From NCBI GenBank assembly GCA_951406725.2, contig OX597821.1:43214001-43278000 (forward strand): a stretch of DNA of 64,000 nt, written 5' to 3'. The stretch is from Octopus vulgaris (lineage: Eukaryota). The notes under the pieces are model-generated. The model was given only the letters and a program-made list of their open reading frames with translations, was not told the DNA's origin and ran no database searches. Both the position numbers and the translations under genes were made by a program. Of this stretch, positions 24,346 to 37,863 are shown in pieces (position 1 is the stretch's first letter; each line of letters starts with the position of its first letter).

Positions 24346-25303
24346 TATATGTGTGTGTGTATATATATATATATATATACAACTTTCCGAAATTGATTCA
24401 ATATAGAGATAACGAATTTTAAATATTCTAACAGTCGGCTTGCCCGACTTCAGTTCAATTTTTTCCTTGGCGAGTAGATTATATGTGGAAAATCAGCATA
24501 TTGGCTTTGAAATAATTTTCTCTAGCCCTTACTTATAAGTTGTTTATAATTTTAACTGTAAAGGTATTTTAAATATGCTGCCACATTTCTTGATGGAATT
24601 CTTTTCTGTAGAGAAAAAAACTTCATCCTATATTAGTAGTATATATAAATAATCTTATAATAAAAAAACTACAAATCTGGTAAATACAGCCACCCAGGGT
24701 TTTTCTGGCTGAAATAATAATTTATTCCGCCATTTATCAAACTGAATATAAGACCGTTTGTCAGTTGTCTTTTGAGCAGATAACATAAACAAGAGATGCT
24801 TGTAAAGAAGAAAAACACAAGGGAGATAACCAATGTTACAATAATTAGATGTGAAGCAGAGGTAAACCTGGCTTACCAAGTGTCCGGTGGTCTACTTTTA
24901 AATTACGACAAGATGTATTTCTTGAAATGCGGTAATACAGAAAAAAACCTCATTCCTCAAATTTATGTATTTGTTAACATTTTCTGGACCTGTTAATGTA
25001 GGATCTCCATATCCAAACCCTATATTAACAGGTCCAGAAAATGTTCAATGTGTTCTCTTGAAAAACTGTATCTCTTAAAAAAACTTAAAAAGCAGTCTTG
25101 TTTTCAGCTTGATAAATGCAAAATAAATTATAAATACAGCTACCCAGGGTTTCCTGTTTGAAATAATATTTGTGGTTTTTTTTCAAAAATAAGATTATCT
25201 TTACTGTCTTAGCTGGTCAAGTGCTTTTCCACTTGTTGAAGCATTACCACATAATATATAAATATGTATATATTATATCATATACACACATATATGCACT
25301 ATA

Positions 25304-26548
25304 CAGGGTCATCGAAAAAGGTTTCCATGATTTCAAAATGAAATAACTAAGTCTGTATTAAAGGCATACTATTTATTTATATACCAAAACACACAGAAAA
25401 TCTTGAATTTTTCTTCCGTCACTTAGTAGGTTTTGATATGATTTGATGCATGGCAAACATCTGAGCAATAGTTAACCTCCCACCAGGTGCGCTGATTTAT
25501 TTCAGGATTCACGGTCGCTATCGCTGTGTGGATGCTCTCTCTTAAATGTCGCAGATCCCGGATTTTTTCTGCCTAGACAATGTTCTTCAGATAACCTCAA
25601 AAGAAAGAGTCCATAGGAGTTAGATCAGGGTGGCCACAAACAGGACCATTCCTTTCAATCCAACAACGGCCAGGGAATCTGTTATTAAGAGCTTGTCCTA
25701 CATTATGGCTGTAGTGAGCTGGTGCTCTGTCTTGATGGAAAATTACACTTATTCCCTTTTCTCTTTCAATGTCTGCAACTTGAGGGAATATTTCTAGCAT
25801 GTCCAAGTAACTAGCACCCGTAATCATGTTTTCTGTAAACATGAAAGGGCTGACAACACAGTCATGCAGGACTCCCCACCATACATTAACCTTTGATGAA
25901 TCAAGGATATACTGGAAAATGCCTAAATAAAATTCTGTTAAGATAACTATCACCATCATTAATTTCTCTGAGCACTGTTACAGCAAATTCAATGTGTTTA
26001 GGCTTATCTGTCTCCTTAATTTTATGCCTCATTTGAATTTTGTAAGCATGCAGTCTTAGGTGCTTATGTAGCACAATTTGAATTATTATTTTAGGCATAT
26101 CAAGTTCCAAACTGCATCGAGCGATGAACTTCTTAAGGACTACGCAAACATGACAATCTCAAATGCTCCACGTGTGTGGCTGGCCTGGAGATTTCTTAAT
26201 GTTTACATTTTCAGTTTCTTTAAATTGGTTAAACCATCAAACAATGGTTTTGTCTGTAGGTAGATCTTGTCCATATGTATGCCGAAAACGACGTTGCACT
26301 AAAACAACTGACTTAAACTCAGCTTGCCACAATACACACTGTGCTTTCTGCTGTACAGTCACCATGATTGCCATGCAGTGATTGGCCAGAGGCTTGCTTG
26401 TGAAATAGTGATTTCAAGGACAATGCAATGGCAAATATCAAAACTCCTACAACTGTTATACAGTCCCACGTTGATGTCATACAGATCGCTTGCTTATAGC
26501 TAGTGCAATTGACAACTAAAATCACAGAAACCTTTTTTGATGATCCTA
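25304..26548 (-). mobile_element. Near-full-length decayed Tc1/mariner-superfamily transposon, rosa/DD41D-like
   Basis: TA-flanked TIRs CAGGGTCATCGAAAAAGGTTTC / GAAACCTTTTTTGATGATCCTA. Transposase remnants KVNVWWG, FHQDRAPAH...RFPGRCWIERNGP...PDLTPMD. Confidence 0.85.
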
Positions 26549-27140
26549 TACATACACACAAATATACAGAGAGAGAGAGAGAGAACACATAGAATTTTTC
26601 ACAATGTAAATCTCTATGATATGAATGTTGTTATAAATGCAAGAAGTTTAATTATATCCAGCATTCTTTAGAGGTTTATTGTTGTTGTGTGTGTAGGAGA
26701 GACAGACAATGAATGGGGAGGTATTTTCTATTCTAAACGACATGATAAAAACATTCAACACATTGTTCTAGAAATGTCCTGTTCCATTCTCCACTAAATA
26801 TTTTTCTTTTCTCATCAGTCATCAGATGTTGTCCAAATGACCTCCAGCAGTCCAGTGTCAACATTTTGATTTGGTGAACAAATGAATAAAGTGTGACAGT
26901 AACTGTAATATTTCCTGCTAATATTAATAATTAACCCTACATTTACACACAATTTAAATTTTAGTTTTCCATTGTGAAAGAGAGATGAGAGAGAGAATGT
27001 GTAAATAAATATATCAGCATATGAATTTTTTTTTTTTTTTTGCATAGACATAGCTGTGTGGTTAAAAAGTTTGTTTCCCAAGTATGTGATTTCAGTTTCA
27101 CTTCCAATGTATAACACTTTGGGCAAATGTATTTATTCTA

Positions 27141-27670
27141 CAAGGGTGGATTAAAAAGTTCATAGGCTGACTATGAAGGAGTGAGGCTGGAGTTGTGAAA
27201 TCTTGCATGCAATAATTTCAACTCTTCTTATTAATAACTGCATTGTTTTTTTCCAGGTAAACTGACATCTGACTGTTCAGAGAACACTTCAAAAGTAACT
27301 TAAGTGACTTCTCTTGAAAATTGACAAAATTTGGCATTGTGGTGTTATCAAATACTGCAGAATGTCATTGGAGTTTATACCCCAAGACAGTCAGGCTGAC
27401 ATGGTTCCTACATTAGGGGATGACACTCCAGCATTATCAACCACAAAAAGTGAGCAGCTGAATTTAGGAGGGTAATGGAGAGTCTTGAAGATGATGCAAG
27501 GTCTGAATGTCCTGCAAGTGAGGAAAACATTGTTTGTGTTCACCACGTGCTGCTGGATGACAGGCGATTGACAATAAATCAAATAGCCAATGCTATCAGC
27601 ATATCCTGTGAGAGAGCTGAGAATATTCTGTGCAATGAACTTGGCACGATGAAGGTTTCTGCTTGGTGGG
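27141..27670 (+). mobile_element. 5' fragment of a mariner element (irritans-like)
   Basis: TA-CAAGGG start; HTH-region peptide ESLEDDARS...DDRRLTINQIA...LGTMKVSAWW. Confidence 0.75.
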
Positions 27671-28863
27671 CAATACAGTTTTTACAGTAGGTTGGGTTAA
27701 TGTGATAAACTATGACCATCCTTTGACACTGCAACTTGAGAGAGCTGTTACAGACAGGGCTGAAAGTGTAAGATAAACATCTCTATGCCCAGATATATTG
27801 TCTTCAAGGTGGATAGACAAAAGTGAAAGTGTGTTAAAGAAAGATGATGGTCTAAATATCCAAGTATACTAGCTCAACCGTAGATTCTGTCCAGTAAGTT
27901 TAACGCCCAAGGTACACCGACTGCTATTGGACCAATTTTCAAAACTATAAATAAATATCAAGTAATGACAATTCACTATTGTAAGTAGTGATGATGCTAA
28001 CCCTACCCATAGACAGATTGCAGAGTTATAGTCTAGGATTATAGGAATCCTATACCCATGAGAGAGAGAGATAGAGAAAGAGGAAGAGAATTGTGAACTT
28101 TCAATAAAGATAGTATCCAAACTGCATAATAAAAGCAATACTTGAATAAAAAAAAATTCCTCTTATTTTAGACTGATCCAAGAACTTGCTTAGAGCTTTA
28201 GTTCCATATATAGTTATACTTACCTTCTGTATCATTATGTATAAAATTTTAAATTGAAACTGTTTTATGCTTCATGAATTTTGATGGATATTCTGTTAGT
28301 TTTAAAAAAGAGTATCCAGTTGTCTGATCAACTGGACTACCTATTTGTTGAATTGACATTTAAGTGGTTGAGCATTCCACAGATATGTATACACAACATA
28401 ATTCTCAGGTGAAATCAGTATGACACAACGTAGGACAAAGCTGAGCCTTTGAATTAGATACAATCCATCTACAGTTTCCATTTTCTAATTTAACTCAAGG
28501 TTTTAGCAAAAGACACTTGTCCTAGATCCATGCAGTGACACTGAACCTGGGACCTTAAGATTGCAAAGCAAACTTCTTAACTACTCAACCATACCTGTGT
28601 CCATTTTAGTGGGCTACTGAGTAACTAATGAAAACAGCAAAACACTGGCTTTCCTCTGAGTACTGTCACTATGACATATGAAGTGAAATGGCCCAACTTA
28701 GAAACATGTCTTCGGAACCATTTCAACTCACAGAGAATATTATCATACAGTTCCAATATAATTTCATGACAAATGAATGATAAATATTTCAATTTAAACG
28801 ATAAATTTAATTCATGTGTTTTGGACATTGATAAGATGAGAATTGTAAATTTATCCAGCAAAC

Positions 28864-28949
28864 CTTGATAGGGAAAGAACGTTTCCCAATGTATAGAAGA
28901 CAGCAAATAAAACCAGTCCTTTCTTGGCTATAAACAATAAAGCTGAGCC
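28864..28949 (-). CDS. SFT2D1: SFT2 exon: GSALLFIAKKGLVLFAVFYTLGNVLSLS(S)
   Basis: Long T tract with CATCTAG acceptor and GTTTGC donor, 86 nt. FAVFYTLGN signature. Confidence 0.94.
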
Positions 28950-31199
28950 CTAGATGAAAAAAAAAAAAACAAAAAAGAAAAACATGCAACTATAAAAAAT
29001 ATCAAACATTCTCTTCCTTAAACATTTCTTACTATTATAATAATATATGGGTCAGTACAGGGTTGAATAAATAGTATGTCACACTTACCAGTTGAAGGAT
29101 TTGTGGGTCATATCACAAACACTTAACTTTTGCTGGCCCATTCCCATGTGATAAACAGGTACCATGAGTATGTTCAGCTTATTATTTTAAGTCGAGTTTC
29201 ATTGGTTTGATGCTGAGTTGAAGTTTGTTTATAGGCCAATACACAGGCTTTAGTAACCTACTTCAGGGCATTTTCCCCATGAAAATCTAGATCCTTTCTC
29301 TAGTGCAGTGTTTCTCAAAGTGAGATATGGTAATATTTAAGAGGATGTGTAGATTACTTCAGAATGGAACATAAGTAACAAGTGAATGGAATAGCAATAA
29401 AGTTTTAATTAAAACTTCTTTCAAATACTTAAACTACATACTTTGTCCATTCATGGTGGAGTACACACAATCAAAGTGGAGTATGGCACAAAAATGGCTA
29501 AGAAACACTGATCTAGTTGTTTACCAGGATTTCATCTTTGACTCAATACGGATCCTTGAATGAGATGGTTTACCAGGAGTCATTTATGACTCAATATTGG
29601 TCCTTACACAAAATATCTATGACATGTTCAACAAAGTTTCCATAAGTTTAATGTAGAAAATCAGCAGGATGCCCACAAGTAGACCAAAATAATACTTCAT
29701 TCTATTTTTGTACTAGAATAACTGGTCTCCATATTATACAAAACCAAAACTCCCATCAATTCCTAATTCAGTATCTGCCCTGTTGCCAGCCAATGGGAGC
29801 AGAGAATGTTTAGAGCTTTTCTTAGTCTACTTACACATCATTAGATGTTTGGCTGACCCCTAATTCATTCAGCCATTATAACTCACCACCCCATGGCCCC
29901 TAATCACCTCTTTACCAGCACTATAACCCTTGGAACTCCCTCCCAGTTTATGTTTTCTTAACTTTGTACATTTTAGAGCTTTAAACATACATTAACTTGC
30001 TCTGGTATAAGCTATGGATACTGCCTTACCTTCTTAGATTAAATAATAACAAAAGTACCCACAAAAGATTTAATAATAAAAAAAGTATAATGTTAAAAAA
30101 ATAAATAATACATGAAGCACAGAATTTAATTTTCATAAGGAAAACTGAAATGTATTGTTTAACAGTTAACAAACATGAATGATGTAGTCTAAAATAAATG
30201 ATGAAATAGTTATAGTTTGTGATGACGTGGTCAAAAACCTCATATATATATATACTAAAGATTTGTAATGATAAAAATGATCTACCAAAGTTAACTTTTC
30301 ACAGATTTGTTCAGTTTAGGACTATGAATCAATTCCTGATTGTGTGTGAAAGGGAGAGGGAGAGAAAGAGAGAACCATTTGAGGCGTTACCCATGGCCCT
30401 TGTAGGTCTCCTCAGAATGGTGGGGTCATTGAAGCTGATATTTAACTTGACTTTCAGTGAATTGATGTTTGCAAAGAAAACAAAAGCAAACAAGGAAATC
30501 CCAGAAAGGTTCAGTTTTATAAGGAAAGTTCTTTGCCAAGAATTTTGTGGAGGATTTTTGAGAATGAGATATGGTAATGCCAGCAGAACAAAATCACTGG
30601 TGTTCAACAATGTTATATGTCATGCACATGAGCATGTAAAAAAACAAATAATGCACTTTCTCATAACTTGTGTATAGTTTGAAGATATGTGGCGATAACC
30701 AAATTATACATTGTGTTAACTATGTTTTACATTCAGACTAGTTTTTAAAATGCCTGATACAGTTTTTAGTGGTCAAACATGAGATACATGCCAAAATTAT
30801 CTTAATATTTTAAAGGTTTATTTACACACAAGAATTCACTCACACACTGTTTTATAATTAGGAATTTTTTCCCTCTTCATGGTATTTTTATACACCTAAA
30901 GCATTAAAAATTCAAAAGATATATTATCCAACTCAATCAGTAGATTGGCAGTGTATCATAAATATTTATGACGTTTGTTGTTGTTGTTGTTGTGGTTGAA
31001 TAGCTTCAGTTGGTTCTGCTTGAATACCTCCTATGACAGAACAGTAGCTGGCAGAATGTTTAAAAACAGTCCAGTGACAACAACCTGGATAGTGCAGATT
31101 GGCAGCCTCCTTGTTTTACGAAGATTGCTATGAGTTTGTTGAATGAAATTTGGAAGTGATTTAGAGCAAATTGAAAGACTATGTAGAGATTTACTCACT

Positions 31200-31252
<53 letters not shown>

Positions 31253-31410
31253 GTTGTTTAACCAGAGAAACAGATAGTTATGAGATTGCACATGGGCCAA
31301 CAGTTCAAATATTATTGCACTTGAACAACTTTAGTTGGTTACTGTCAGCAGTAAGAAATGCTCACAATTGTGTGATAAATACTTCCAGGATAAACAAATA
31401 TTGAATTCTA

Positions 31411-32153
31411 TCAGGCTGAGTAAAAAGTAAGCAATGTTTTGAACCATGAAGAATTTGTACAGGATTTTTGCAGAGTTTTAGAATTTTTTGGGAATTGTCT
31501 GATAATACAGATATAAACTTGCCCAAATGCATCAATAAATTAACATTGATAATTTTTTCACCATTGCTACAATCATTTGAAATGGAACTGTCAAAGCGCG
31601 ATATTCGAGTAATTTTGCTATTCAACTTCAAAAAAGGATGTTAAACAGCTGCAACTGCTCGAGATATCAACGAAATGTTTGATGAGGAAATGACCAGTGA
31701 GTGGTCAGCTTGAAAATGGTTGAAACAGTTTTGTAATGAAGGCCTGAGCCTTGATGTTTGTGAGCATAGTGGACGCCCATCTGTCATCGATAATGGTCAA
31801 TTAAAAACTGTAATTGAGAAAGATCCATGTAAAACCACTCGAGAACTGGCAAAAGAACTTCAAGTTAACCAGAAAACTGCCTGCAACCATTTGCATGTAA
31901 TCGGAAAATCAAAAAAGCTTGAGAAATCAGTATCACACGATTTGAATGAAAATCAAAAAATGTGCAGATATGAAATTTGTTTGTTGCTTCTTCTCCATAA
32001 CTAGACCGATCCATTTCTTGACAGTATTGTAACTCGTGATGAAAAGTGGATTCTTTACAATAATAAAAAAACGTTCTTCACAGTGGTTGAACCAAAATGA
32101 AGCACTGCAAACCTTCCCTAAACCCGAGCTCTTCAAAAAGAAGGTCATGGTGA
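31411..32153 (+). mobile_element. 3'-truncated mariner element, pseudogenised transposase from about 31582
   Basis: MELSKRDIR..., HSGRPS, TTRELA, SVSHDL (WVPHEL-like), IVTRDEKWILYNN; in-frame stops. Confidence 0.85.
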
Positions 32154-32499
32154 CTACCTCTCGTATGCACTGACCTTCCTACTGTAACTAAATAACACAA
32201 AGGTTTTTTAAATAAATTATGTATTTTTGTAACGAAACAGTAAGTTTTTCTAACTTTGGAACATGGTCAACAATTTTAAGAGCAGGGTTGTTAATAGCAA
32301 CAACCATAGTACTTGACTGGTACTGTATTTTATTGGTCCTAAAAGGTTGAAAGATAAAGTTGACCTCAGCTGTGTTTGAACTGAGAATGTATATAACTGG
32401 AAGAAATATCACTAAACATTTTTTTCTGACGTGTTATCACTTCTGCTGGTTTACCATAATAAAAATGATGATGATGATAATAATAATAACAATACTCAC

Positions 32500-32586
32500 A
32501 AGTACAGAAAATCCAATACCCAAAAGAAAGCATATTGCAAAACCTTTAATCCTTGTCGACCAACTGAGTGTTGAGGCATCAGATAT
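32500..32586 (-). CDS. SFT2D1: SFT2 exon (probably exon 2): ISDASTLSWSTRIKGFAICFLLGIGFSVL
   Basis: TTCCTCTAG acceptor and GTGAGT donor, 87 nt, phase 0-0. TLSWSTRIKGF signature. The upstream ATG exon was not found in the window. Confidence 0.94.
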
Positions 32587-32753
32587 CTAGAGGAATAAAT
32601 CAAATTTCTGATTATAGCAGTTATTTTATGTGAACTGAACATTTGAAATTAAAAGAGAAAACAAAGCAGCACCAGTTCTGTGCTGGTAGCAAACACGAGA
32701 ACACTAAATGCTTCCAGGTTATGCATGAAAATATTTCCATCATTATATATTAA

Positions 32754-32973
32754 CCGTTTAGTATTTAAACCAGCCATATCTGGCCCAAATACCCTGCCTG
32801 TTTGATGTTCAAACTGGCCAAATCCAACCTCTCACACTTACCCTGTAATGTCATTCTAAAAATAAACAATCACATATTTGAATTCTCAAAGCTATGAGAT
32901 AATACAGGGTTAATTTTATAAAATGTGAATACATTAGTAATACATTTGACAAAGTAATCTGAATGCCAAAGAG
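32754..32973. mobile_element. TTAA-flanked MITE
   Basis: TTAA-CCGTTTAGTATT...AATGCCAAAGAG-TTAA imperfect TIRs. Confidence 0.6.
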
Positions 32974-33014
32974 TTAAACATTTACAGATCTATCCACTCA
33001 TCCTTAATCCTATT

Positions 33015-33394
33015 TCTTTTACTTGTTTCAGTCATTTGACTGCGGCCATGCTGGAGCACTGCCTTTAGTCGAGCAAATCGACCCCAGGACTTACTCTTTG
33101 TAAGCTTAGTACTTATTCTATTGGTCTCTTTTGCCGAACTGCTAAGTTACGGAGACGTAAACTCACCAGCATCAGTTGTCAAGTGATATTGGGCGGGAGA
33201 CAAACACATAAAAATGTACATATACATATATACGATGGGCTTCTTTCAGTTTCCGTCTACCAAATCCACTCACAAAGCTTTGGTCGGTCTGAGGCGATAG
33301 TAGAAGACACTTGCCCAAGGTGTCCCGCAGTGGGACTGAACCCAGAACCATGTGGTTAGTAAGCAAGCTACTTACCACACAGCCACTCCTGTGC
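33015..33394 (-). mobile_element. Full-length tRNA-derived SINE
   Basis: Same family as 20843-21216. Confidence 0.85.
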
Positions 33395-34439
33395 TATCTT
33401 TATTTTCTCTTATACCCACCTTCATGTACTTTGAGGTTATACCTGAACACCTCATTTCCACCATCCTTTCTCCCTTTCCAGCAGGGATGGTCACATATCT
33501 CCTCCATTCTTTCTATTATACTTCAGCCTCTCAATACCTAGTACAATACTAGTCCCGTCACTACTACATTCCAACTCAGTTGCAGGGTTGTGTCTTAAAA
33601 GTTACTCGATGAGGTCACTAGTGCCAGTGCCATGAAAAATAGCACCCAGTACATTGTGTAAATTGGTTGGCATTGAGAAGGGCATTCAGCCATACAGACT
33701 ACGCCAAAGCTGACGCTGGAGCTCAACACTGTCTTCTGGCTCATCAGATCCTGTTGAACCATACAAACCACACCATAATGGCATACAGACATTAAATGAG
33801 GATGAATATATATTAAATATTTACATTATCATTTACTTAACGTTTACCTAAGTAAAATTAAGGCCAAAAAGTTATGCTTTTTATGACCATGCCCCCTGCA
33901 TACAATCTGCTCCTGACAAACTTCTCCCCAACATCCCATCTTCTCAATACCTCCACCTCCCCTTTATCTTCCATACTCCTTTGTGAACCTACCTGAACAC
34001 AATATGTCCATGCCAGGTCTTTTCCCCCACAACATATCCTCCTAACATCCCTTGTACCCATTCACTACATTCCTCTCCCCTGCATCTCCCATTCTTCTTT
34101 CACAACCTCACCCACCCACTTACCCTATCCAATCCCTTGTCTGCTTCACTATAAACACTTCTTTGTAACTTACAGTGTATGCCCCATTACATCTTCACCA
34201 TCTTATCTCTCTTCTCTCTGACAGAGCCATGTATCTACCTTCTCTGCTGCAAGGTACTTATTTCTGTTACTCTATTCATACACTAACACCTAGCACACAG
34301 CTACCTCCCTCAATACTACTCCTCAGCTCAGTTGAAGGATCTTGTCTTGCAAGTTACATGGTCACCTCACTGCTGCTGGTGCCATGTTAAAACCATCCAG
34401 TCACTACCATCTGGTTGAGTCTGCTCAAACATTTTTAAC

Positions 34440-35250
34440 TCACGCATGCCGTTTATCTCTGTCCGATATTACTTGAGGGAAATCTTCAGGGAGGCATCCA
34501 ATGTCTCTGGGGAGTTGATCTACATATGTTTGGACAACCTGTTCTAGTATGGCCATGCTTTGGCATCCACAGCAGTAGGTCACTTGCCAGCTCTTATTTA
34601 GCTCACTAGCAACATCCCACAAAAAGCAAGTGCATTTTCCTTATAATGGTGGAAACAGACAGGAGATCACCATACAGCTTGGGACAAGTTCTCCAAGATA
34701 TATTTAAGCCTGCTCTCAATATTCAGGTGTAAGTTCCATTTAGCTTGGATTCCAACATCAAATATGATGCTCTTATAATGCCACCAAATTTCTGTGATTA
34801 CTCTAGATTATGTCTCAGAATATCACTTGACACTTGTGAAGAGAGGATTGATCAGTCAACCAGCTCAAAAAATAATTGATGTAGACTATGCTGACGAGTT
34901 AGCCTTGGCCTTTGACACAATAGCAAATGCCACTCGATTACTCCATAGCCTAGAATTAACTACACATGATGTTGGATTACTTAATTCTAGTAAAACCAAA
35001 TTCATTGTTCACAATCAATAAGGATCCATCAATCAAGTTGATGATTTCACATATCTTGGTTCTGTATTAACCTCAACTGAAAAGGATATAAAAACTTGGC
35101 CAGCCAAAGCATAGTCAGCCCTAAAAAAAAAAAAAAAATGGTTTCGTCTGGAAATCAACTCTGTTAGACAATCTTAAGGGGAATTTTTTCCATGCAACAG
35201 TAGAGTCAGTCCGTTTGTATGAAGCTGCAGCCTGGACGCTTACCAAAAAG
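34440..35250. mobile_element. Non-LTR retrotransposon insertion with an inverted 5' segment
   Basis: Plus 34780-35250 encodes DVDYADEL...FTYLGS...WTLTKK. Minus 34757-34440 encodes the continuation LESKLNGTYT..LRAGLNISW...YVDQL. Confidence 0.75.
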
Positions 35251-35344
35251 CATCTAGTATACTATGTAAAGTGATTGGCATTAGAAAACCATGCCAAGTC
35301 CTAGAAACCATGCCAAAGCAGTTGCTAGAGTTTGGCATGGAAGG

Positions 35345-37520
35345 AGATTAAATGATGATTATTGCAAAGAAAGAGACTTGGAAATGTCATTACAAAATAC
35401 TGCTGAATGTAGAGAATGAATGGGAGGAGGAGAGCCTGCCAAATGTTGGCCCAATTGAGGGACCAGCTACCCGAATCGACAGTACTTTGGTAGATAAAGC
35501 AATTAAGGATATGAAGACACAGAAAGCCCCTGGCCCTGAGATGGTTAAAATATCTGGTGGTGTAGGTGATGGTTCAATCACCTGCATTGTAAATCAGGTG
35601 ATTCACAAAGGAGTCATACCTGATGACTGGTGTAGCAGCACCATAGTTAACTGCTACAAAGGTAAAGGTGACGCATTAGATGGGAATGATTACAGGGGTA
35701 TCAAATTGTTGGACCAGGTGATGAAAGTCATGGAGAGGGTCATAGCCCAACTAATTAGAGAGAGAGTTAGTCTAGATGACATGCAGTTTGGTTTTGTGCC
35801 AGGGAAAAGCACCACTGATGCTATATTTCTGGTTAAGGCAGCTGCAAGAGAAATACATAGCCAAAGATAAACCTCTGTACTTAACTTTTGTTGACTTGAA
35901 GAAAGCTTTTGATAGGGTCCCTGATCCCTTATCTGGTGGTCAATGCAGAAACTAGGGATGGTTGATTGGCTTGTGAGAGCTGTACAAGCCATGTACAAAG
36001 ATACTACCAGTAAGGTGAGAATTGGCAATGAGTACAGTGAAAGATTCAGGGTACAAGTAGATGTTCACTAAGGATTGGCCCTAAGCCCTCTCTTGTTCAT
36101 CATAGTCCTCCAGACAATGACAGGGGAATTTAAGACAAGCTGCCTCAGGGAGCTCCTGATGACCTTGCTCTTATAGCTGAATCACTACCAGAACTAGAGA
36201 AGTTCCCGGTATTGAAGCAAGGTCTAGAATTGAAGGGCCTTAGAGTTAACCTAGCAAAAACCAAAGTAGGAAGGCAGACAAATCACAAATCCTTTCAGGT
36301 AGATGGCCCTGCTCAATCTATAGAAAACGTGTAGGTAGTAACTCTGTAAGATGCACCTGATGTAAGCTTTGGACACAGAAAAGGTGCAGCAATATCAGAG
36401 GAAGGTTAACAAAGAAACAAGCTGTCAGAATAAGATTAAGCTGGGCGAAGTTTAGAGAGCTCCTGCCTCTGCTGGCAACAAAGGGCCTCACTCTCAGAGT
36501 GAAAGGCAGATTGTATGATGCCTGTGTGCGAACAGCTATGCTACATGGCCGTGAAACATGGGCTGTGACAGCCAAGGACATGTATAGGTTTGAAAAAACT
36601 GAAGCCAATATGTGCAATGTCAGTGTGCATGTTTGACAGAGTGTAAGCATCTTGAGAAAAAAGGCATAAGCGGCATCAGATGTGGTGCACAAGAGAGATG
36701 GCTGCACTGATATGGTCATGTGATGTGTGTGGATGAGGACAGCTGTGTAAAGAAGTGCTGATCCCTAACTGTGGAAGGAAGCTGTGGTAGAGGTAGGCTC
36801 AGGAAAACAAGGGATGAGGTGGTGAAGCAAGATCTCCGAACAGAGGCAATGACTGGTGACCAAGACCTTTGGTGATATACTGTGCTTGAGAAGACCTGTC
36901 AAGCCAAGTGAAATCACAGTTGTGGTTGATGCTGGTGTCGCATAACCGGCACTTGTACAGGTGGCATGTAAAAAGCTCCTTTCGAGCATTGAGACTCATG
37001 GAGGAAAAGTGGTTGAGCTCCTTTTGAATGTTGGGCCACACAAAGGCAATGATCTTTGGCATTATGTTGTGCTTGAGAAGAAGACCCATCAAGCCAAATA
37101 AAATCACAGTTGTAGCAGATAGTGGTGTCATGGAAATGGGTAAAACCACCTTTCGAGCGTTGGACCTCACAGAAGGAAGGACCAAGATCATTTGGATTAT
37201 GCCAGGCTTTAAGCGTTAGGCCTCACAGAGGCAATGACTGAGTTCATTTGGCGTTATGCCATGCTTGAGAAGAAACTCCATCAAGCCAAGTAAAACCACA
37301 GTCATGGCAGATACCGGTGTCACACAAATGGTACCCATGCCCATGGCACGTAAAAGCACCCATTATACTCTCAAAGTGGTTGGCATTATGACGGGCATCC
37401 AGCCATAGACATCATGCCAAAACAGACTGGAGTCTGGTGCAGCCTTCCAGTTTGCCAGAACTCGTCAAACTGTCCAAGCCATGCCAGTATGGACAACGGA
37501 CGTTAAATGATGATGATGAT
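35345..37520 (+). mobile_element. 5'-truncated, decayed RTE-clade LINE (RT pseudogene, 3' UTR and (GAT)n tail)
   Basis: KAPGP, YKGKGDA, YRGIKLL, MQFGFVPGKSTTDAIF, KAFDRVP, LSPLLF and LYDACVRTAMLHG motifs with frameshifts and stops. Confidence 0.92.
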
Positions 37521-37537
37521 GGTTACTTAGCTTTTTG

Positions 37538-37863
37538 TAGGTGTGGGTGTGGCAGTATGGTTAAGAAGCTTGCTTAGTACCTTGGGCAAGTGTCTTCTAC
37601 TATAGTCCCCTACAAATGTATTGTGAGTGAATTTGGTAGATGGAAGCTGTGTGTAAGCCCATTATATATACACATCTATGTGCTTTTGCTTACCTCCACC
37701 ACTGTTTGACAACTGGTACTGGTTTTACCTACCTATAACTTAAAGGTTTGACAAGAGAAAACCAACAGAATAAATACCAAACTTCAAAAATAAGTACTGG
37801 AGGTGATTTGTTCAACCAAACCTGCCAAGGCAATGCCCTAGCATGACTGAAACAAGTAAAAGA
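37538..37863 (+). mobile_element. Decayed tRNA-derived SINE
   Basis: CTTGGGCAAGTGTCTTCTACTATAG core and ATGACTGAAACAAGTAAAAG end. Confidence 0.75.

Noticed and set aside
30219-30677. 152-aa ORF
   Set aside because: No recognisable motif, includes a low-complexity GA tract and lies antisense within an SFT2 intron; probably chance.
32842-32855. 14-nt micro-exon (TTTTTAG|AATGACATTACAGG|GTAAGT, minus strand)
   Set aside because: It lies inside a MITE and would shift the frame; likely a pseudo-exon.
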